Source: Cyanophora paradoxa CCMP329 (Eukaryota > Plantae > Glaucophyta). Taken from it: DNA of 64,000 nucleotides. The notes under the pieces were generated by a model that saw nothing but the letters and a program-made list of their open reading frames with translations, did no database searches and had not been told where the DNA came from. This document shows, piece by piece, positions 57,543 to 64,000 of this stretch. The position numbers and the translations under genes were made by a program. Location of the stretch: assembly GCA_004431415.1 (NCBI GenBank), contig QPMI01000651.1:62001-126000 (forward strand). The letters run 5' to 3'. The stretch's first letter is position 1; each line of letters opens with the position of its first letter.

Positions 57543-59759
57543 ATGATGCGTCGTTTTTCTTCTCAACTTGAACGACTGTTTTTTCAGACTCGAAAAAAGC
57601 AAGCCGGGGTATCAATATACAGCTCTCGGGTACACCGCACTTCGTTCGCAGCAGCCCGCGCCAGCCTTCGTCCGGGATGCTGCGGCTTGCGAGCGGCGGC
57701 CTCGTCGCGGTTCACAGGTGAGGAAAGGCCCGCTCGCACTGGGCGCCCCCCGGGATCGCTGACGCTGCTTCGCCGTCTTTCCAGAGCCTCGGGCGCCGCG
57801 AGGGGCGCGCCCGGTGCGCTGCATGCTGCAGCATCGGCGTGGAGCGAGCGAATCCGCAGCGAGCGAGGGCGCGCGCGCCTCCTCCGGAACGCGGCGCCCG
57901 TGGCGTTCGCCGTCTTCACACCCGTCCAGCGGGCGCGGCTCGAGTCGCCCAGCGATGCGGTAGCGAGCGAGGCGTTGGAAGGATCCGCGCCGGCCGAGGC
58001 GAAGCCGGAGCTCGCCGACGCGCCGGCACCCGCCGCCCCGGCCACCGATTCTGCGGCAGAGGCGACAGCTCAGCTAGCGTCTGTCGCGGCGCAGCCGCAG
58101 CCGGAGGTCGCGCTGGAGGCGGCCGCGGCGGCCGGGGCGCCGCACGCGGCAACGGCGCAGTCGACCGCCGACATCCTCGCGGCGGCCGCCCAGTCGCCGG
58201 CGGCGCTCAAGGCGAAGGCGGAGGCGGCGGCGGCGGTGGCGACGGCGACGGGGGCTGTGGCGGCGGCGGCGGCGGTGTGGCCGCCGGCGGTGCGGCTGAC
58301 GCCGGTGGGCCTGATGGAGCCGCTGATGGCGGTCATCCACGAGGCGTGCGGGCTCCCCTGGTGGGCCACCATCATCGGCACCACCCTCATGGTCCGCCCC
58401 CACCCGAGCGCCTCGCCCCGCGCGCGCTGAGCCGGGGCGGGCTCGCCGGCAGGTCCGCGTCATCATGCTGCCGGCCTTCGCCTCGCAGATCCGCTCCAAC
58501 AACCGCCTCCACAACATATACCCCGAGATCTCCAAGTACCAGGAGCTCGTGCGCGTACCCCCCTGCCGCGCGCCCCAACCCCCCCCCTGAACGCCCCGCC
58601 GCCCCCCCTTTCTCGCAGACCAAGAAGTACGGGTACTCGGACCCCGAGAAGGACCCCGTCAGCTTCCACAAGGGCAAGCAGGCTGTCGCCGACATGCAGG
58701 TACCCCCCTCCCCGCTTGCTGCTCGCTCCCCCGCGCCGCTCAACGATGACGCCGTACCCCCCGCAGCAACTGTACCAGCGGGAGGGGGTGAGCCCCATCA
58801 AGACTCTGGGCGTCGGCATCACCAGGTGCCGAGCCGCCACTCCCAGGAACACACTACCCCCCCCTGAACCCGGTACCCCAGCGCCGCTGTCTTCATGACG
58901 TTCTTCTTCTCGCTCCGCTCCCTCGCGGACAACCCCCTCTCCGGATTCGCGACGGTACCCGACCTCTCGTGATCCCGTACCCCTCTCCCCGCCTCGACCG
59001 GCGCCCCAGGGCGGCCCCGAGTCCATCGCAGTCCTCCGCAACCTCGCGGCGGTACCCCCCCTTTCCCCCCCTAGGCCCCCGGCCTCCGACGCGGTACCCC
59101 CCTCCCGCAGGGCGACCCGACGAGGATCCTGTTCCCCGGCCTCTCCGGCCTCTCCTTCCTCGGCGTCGTCCTCGCCGGTGGCGAGGTCCAGGCGCGCCCT
59201 CGTACCCCCCCCGCGCTTCCCCCGCCCCCCGCGTTCCGAACGCGGTACCCCCCTCCCCCCCGCGCAGACGCAGCAGTCGGTGACGCAGCGGCGCATCATG
59301 GTGGGCCTCGCCCTCCTCATGGGCCCCGGCATGGCCATCCTCGCCCCCGACATGCCCCTGGTACCCCCCTTCCCCCTCGCGTCGAGTACCCCCCGCCGAC
59401 TCCCCCCACCCCCCCCCGGGCAGGGCGTGTACATCTACTGGATCACGTCGAACCTCTTCACGCTCCTCCAGACGCGCGCCTTCCAGACGGAGGCCGTCCG
59501 CAAGTTCTTCGACATCCCCGAGCGGGTACGCCTTCCTCCTCCCCGGCTCCCGGAGGAGGGGGGTACGCGCTCTCCTCGGCCCGACGCGGGCCCGCCCCCC
59601 TCCCGGGAGCAGAAGCAGCACCCGGGGATGAAATCGGGGATGGAGTCGCTGGCGGAACTCTTCAAGTCGAAGGAGAGCGACGAGGCGGTGGCCGCGACGA
59701 CGGGCACCGCGACGCCCCCCGCCCCGCAGCGGATATTCCGGCCCAAGCCCCGCTCCTAG
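57543..59759 (+). CDS. OXA1: OXA1/YidC/COX18-family membrane protein insertase, probably mitochondrial
   Basis: TPVGLMEPLMAVIHEACGLPWWATIIGTTLM|VRVIMLP, APVFMTFFFSLRSLA, LRNLAAGDPTRILFP, GVYIYWITSNLFTLLQ. The Arg/Ser-rich N-terminus resembles a presequence; the start is uncertain. Confidence 0.85.
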
Positions 59760-60169
59760 ACCCCCGCTCCGCTGCCGCGCATGCAGTAGGCCGCAGCCCT
59801 CTTCCGCTCGGGGTTGTAGCAGTGTATACGTAGAAGCATTCGAATTTGCAACTCAGATCTCACGTGGGTTGGGCACAAGGGACCAAGTAATTGATATGGA
59901 TACAATTCATTACATCGATAGTAATTGGTATCGATATATACAATTCATACGCATAAGCGGGCGCCTCTTACGTATATACGTCCAACCCAACGAAGTCACT
60001 GCCCACCGCTCAGGGCGGTGGCGCCACGAGCGAAAGAAAAAGATCGCCGAGCGGCTTCGCTGAAAAGAACTCTTTAGCAATCGCAATTGCAACTGATGCG
60101 GGCACGAGAAAGCATGCGAGCTACATAGACATTAGCGAATACTGCGGTAAATAAACGAAAGGGAATATA

Positions 60170-62363
60170 ATCTTTAGGCTGGCGGCCGGAGGCGCCGGGG
60201 GCCGGGCGGCTGCGCGGGCAGCAGAGAAAGAAAGGTTCCCGCGAGCGGCGACCGGCCGGGGGGCGGGCGAGCGGGCGGCGCCCGGCCGCTACGGCTCGCG
60301 CCGCTTGATGCGGCTCCTTGGGGAGCGCCTGGGCACCGCGCCCTTGCCCCCCGCGGCGCCCCCGGGGCCGTCCCCCCACCGCCCCCGCCGGCCCCGGCCC
60401 CGGCCCCGACTTCGGCTGCGGCCCCGGCTCGCCGGCGGCCGGCTTGGCGCCGGCCGGCTCGGCACTCTCTGCGGGCGGCGCGGCCTCCTGGCCCGCCTGC
60501 GAGGGCGCTCCGTCAGGCACCCGCAGGAGGAGGAAGAAGCACCCACCCGCCTTCCTCGCAAACCCCCGCCCGCACCTTTCGGCCAGCGGCGGCGGCGGCG
60601 GCGACGGAGCGTGTGGCCTCCCTGTACTGGAGGGCGGAGTAGAGGGCGGAGCCGGCGATGGCGAGGGCGGTGCCGAGGGCGTTCAGCGGGGACACGGGGT
60701 TCCGGAAGATGAGGAGGGAGACCACTGCGCGGGGTCGGGCGGGGCGGGGCGGGGCCGGCGCGGGGCGGCGCGCGTGAGCGGCCGGCAGCAAGAGAGAGGC
60801 CCGGGAAGCTAGGAAGCTGGGCAGCAAGCGGGGAGGGGCGGGGCGGGCACCGATGGTGAGGGCCTCCTTTGCGTTGCCGGCGACCGTGATCGAGAGCGCC
60901 GACGTCACCTGAGGCCGGCCCGGCGCCCCGCGTCAGACCCGGGCGGGGGGGGGGGGGGGGGGGGGAGGGGGGGATGCGGGGGTACCTGGTTGTAGCGGAA
61001 GGAGGCGTAGTTGAGCCAGAGGGACGCCCCCGCCGAGAGCGCCACGTACAGCGCCGCGGAAGGCGGCGGCGGGCCCTGCGCCCCCGCCCCCAGCTCAAAG
61101 AGGGAGGGGGGGGTGGGGGAGGACGGGGGGGACCAGGCGGGCGAGGCGGGCGGCCTCGCCGGAGGCGGCGATGGCGGGGAGGAGGAGGAGGAGGGAGGGG
61201 AGGGCGGCGCGCTCGAGGAGGTCGAGCGGGTGCAGGCGGTACGCCCCCGTCAGGAACTTGTTCGAGTAGATCGCCTGCGAGGGGCAGGAAGGCTCAAGCG
61301 AGACAGAAGGAAAGAAGGAAAGAAACGGCTTAGGTTGGCCTGCCTTCAGGGAGGCGAGGAGGACGGTGGCCATCATGAGGGCGAAGCCGAGGGCGTGGAA
61401 GGCGATCTCGCCGTAGGCCGCCAGGCACACCCCCGCCAGGATCGGCACCAGCGAGAGCTTGACGCGCTGTTTTGGGGGGTGAGGGGCGGGGGAGGGGGCG
61501 GGGGCGGGGGAGGAGAGGGGGAGGGGTGGAGCACGAGGGGGTACGTCTTGCCGAGGACGAGGCGGGAGAGGAGGACGGTGACGGAGGGTACGAGGGCGCG
61601 GCAGATCTGGCTGAACGAGACCGTGACGTAGCGCAGGCCTGCCGCGCAGGGCGCGCGGCGTCAGGAGTCAGGCGGGCCTCCCGCCAGGAAGGACTGGCGC
61701 GGGGACGGGGGGTACCGGCGTTGCCGAAGACGATGTTGGCGGCGAAGAGGACGGAGAAGAGCAGGAGGAGGGCGCGGCCCTGCGCGGGGCCAACGCTCGG
61801 GCTCGAGGCTTGGGCTCGCGCTGGGCTCACATCGGAGGGCGGGCGGGCGGGCGGGCGCTCGAGCGGACCCTGGAGTCGACGTGGCGGCGCTCTACGAGGC
61901 CGGCGAGGCGCACGTAGAGGAGCGTGAAGAGGGCCTGCACGGCGAGGTGCACCGCCGAGAGCGTCAGCGGGAACTTCCACCCCCCGAAACGCTCGTGGAA
62001 GACCGCCTGCGCCCCGCGCCGCGCCGCCCGCGTCAGTGACTCGGCGCGTGCTCGCGGCGCGGGCCGCTTGCTTCGCGGCGCGCGCGCCTTGTTGAGAATC
62101 GTGGTGGCCCTGTCGGGGGCGGGCCGTCAGCGCGGGAGCGCCAAAAGGAACGAAAGCTAAGCATCGCACATGTTAGCGAGGAGCCAGTTGAGCGTCCATG
62201 CGAACACCTGCGCAGCTCGCGAGGCATATGTGGGCAGTTGAGCAAACTCGACAGCCGCCGCAAGCTAAGGTGGGCGCTCCGAGCATTCGACCCGGCGCCG
62301 ACGCACCACGATCGGCCTAACTGGCGGGCCGCTGCCCGCTGGAGGCGCGAGCACGCCAGCCAT
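60170..62363 (-). CDS. Triose-phosphate/nucleotide-sugar transporter family (TPT/SLC35E-like) protein
   Basis: WLLANMATTILNK, KFPLTLSAVH, LFAANIVFGNA.LRYVTVSFSQICRALVP, SLVPILAGVCLAAYGEIAFHALGF, LNYASF..VTSALSITVAGNAKE..VVSLLIFRNPVSPLNALG. The 3' end is approximate. Confidence 0.88.
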
Positions 62364-63421
62364 CGCCGTTCTTCCTCTGGCGGACGCCGGGCGAACCAAC
62401 GGTCAAGGCACAGCGTTCATGAAACTTGTAGCTACGGAATCGACGTCTAGCTTCGACGGGCAGCAATCCAGGTTGCTTGATCTGGGGTACGGGTTTGTCT
62501 TTCTGGGGGTACGAGCGGCGAACAGCCTTGAAATTGCAATTGCTACTCGCGACCGCGTCGATCCGCCGGCGCTAGCGCCGCGCGCCTCGAGCTCGTCACT
62601 GACTCAGTGAGTCACTGCTGCGGCGCCGCGCCGCCGGCGTCGACGTCGACGTCTGCGCATGCGCATGCCGCAGTGCGCATGCGCATGCAGTCCGGCGCCG
62701 CGGCCCGGCGGCGCCCGGGGAAAAAAGTGTGGTAAACTTTTAAAACTAGCACGCCGGCGGCCTGTGCTCGGGCTCTGACGTCGACTGGGTCGGCCGCCGG
62801 ATGGAAACGGGGTAGGAAGTCTAGGGACAGCGAGCTTGAGGCCTAGGTCGAGGGGCGCGCGCGCGCGGGCCCGCGCGCGGCGTCGGGTGCTGCGCGTTCG
62901 CGCATGCACAGCTGCACGCGGCGCCGCATGCACAGCTGCACGTGCACGCAGCAGCTGGCGCCCCCAAGTCCAGCACCTCCCGATCTCTTGCATTAGCACA
63001 CAACACAACTACAATGAGTTTCACATCGCCCAATAAATCTCTCCGACTAGATACTATCGAGGACCGTCGTATGCTGTGCTTTAGAAAGTACAAAATGAAC
63101 GAAAGGTTTGAAGGTTTCGTGTCTAGATATCTAGCTAAGGAGGTTTCTACCTAATACTAATGATGTGGAAGCTAGCTGTATCGATTTCTAAACTAACCTA
63201 AACTCCCGGCTACGAGGTCCTATCTCTACAAAAGACTCCCAATCATGGTACGTCCGCCGCCAGCGCTGCCCAAGGGCCTCGCCGCGCCGTGTGCCAGGCT
63301 CCTCGCCAGCCCCAGTAGATTGGGCTACTGGCCGCCTCCTGCCGTCGCCTCCGCCGCCTCCAGTTGTTGGTGTTGCGTCCTCCGGCCCCGCCCCCAGACC
63401 GCAATCCCCCCGTGTCTCCCT

Positions 63422-64000
63422 CTAGCGCGGGCGCGCCCTTTTTGTGCCCACGCCCCAAGCATACCTGTTCGTATGGTCGTACACTTGCATGGCCGCCGAA
63501 GCCCGGACCCAGCCGTAGTCGTCTGGCGGGCAGCTCAGGTGTGAGAGGGCTAGGGTTTCCCCGCCCTGGTGGCGGGACTCGAGGGCACCGCACTCCCTGC
63601 AGCGTTCCCGCTGCCGGGGCTCCGGATCCGCGCGCTTCCTGCGAGCGTTGCCAGCCGTATCGTCAGGCGGCGCGTCGGCCTCGCGGTCGCGCGCCCCAGT
63701 GCGCTTCGCCTTGGCGCGACGTTCTTTCATGACCTTCGTGATCCCGCACGCCTTCTCCCACTCCGCGTACGCCTGGCATCTGGCGGCCCACGTTTTATGG
63801 GCCTGCTCGCCTATGGCCGTCGCCAGCTTGCGCACGACCTGGGCAGCTTTCTTGGCGTCCGGGACGGTCTCGCGGACCATGTCGGTGAGGCCCGCCGGGG
63901 CAGCCCCCGTAGCACGCACATCTGCGCCTGCCGTTCAGCCGCCGTGAGCGTCGGGTCGTTGACTCTCGTGACCTTCAGGGATCTGGAGAGCGCGTGTGGC
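63422..64000 (-). mobile_element. Probable C-terminal end of a non-LTR retrotransposon ORF (continues beyond window)
   Basis: Intronless ORF with KTWAARCQAYAEWEKACGITK and CRECGALESRH, resembling the post-RT C-terminal region of LINE-like elements. Probable frameshift in a G-run at ~63905. AT-rich flank at ~63000-63240. Confidence 0.45.

Noticed and set aside
1-64000. tRNA/rRNA genes and prokaryotic operon or defence systems
   Set aside because: None recognised; all identifiable genes carry spliceosomal-type introns.

Overview
GC-rich, very intron-dense eukaryotic nuclear DNA from a protist or microalga. A glaucophyte such as Cyanophora is plausible but unverified. Most ORF-track entries are artefacts of high GC and short introns, so genes were reconstructed by hand-splicing and internal boundaries are approximate. 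Contents: (1) a tail-to-tail inverted duplication of a giant single-pass receptor gene (signal peptide, FN3, REJ, GAIN/GPS with HL|T motif, one TM, about 10 cytoplasmic FN3-like repeats); (2) a trehalose-metabolism neighbourhood with a bacterial-type GH15 trehalase-like gene, an inverted pseudogenic TPP fragment, and a head-to-head pair of TPS-TPP genes, one catalytically intact and one an apparent pseudo-enzyme; (3) a 4xRRM-SPOC (FPA/SPEN-like) gene and an orphan gene; (4) a bacteriorhodopsin-like DTD rhodopsin with a ~300-aa cytoplasmic tail; (5) an OXA1/YidC insertase, a TPT/nucleotide-sugar transporter and the probable 3' end of a non-LTR retroelement. GC-AG introns are unusually common.
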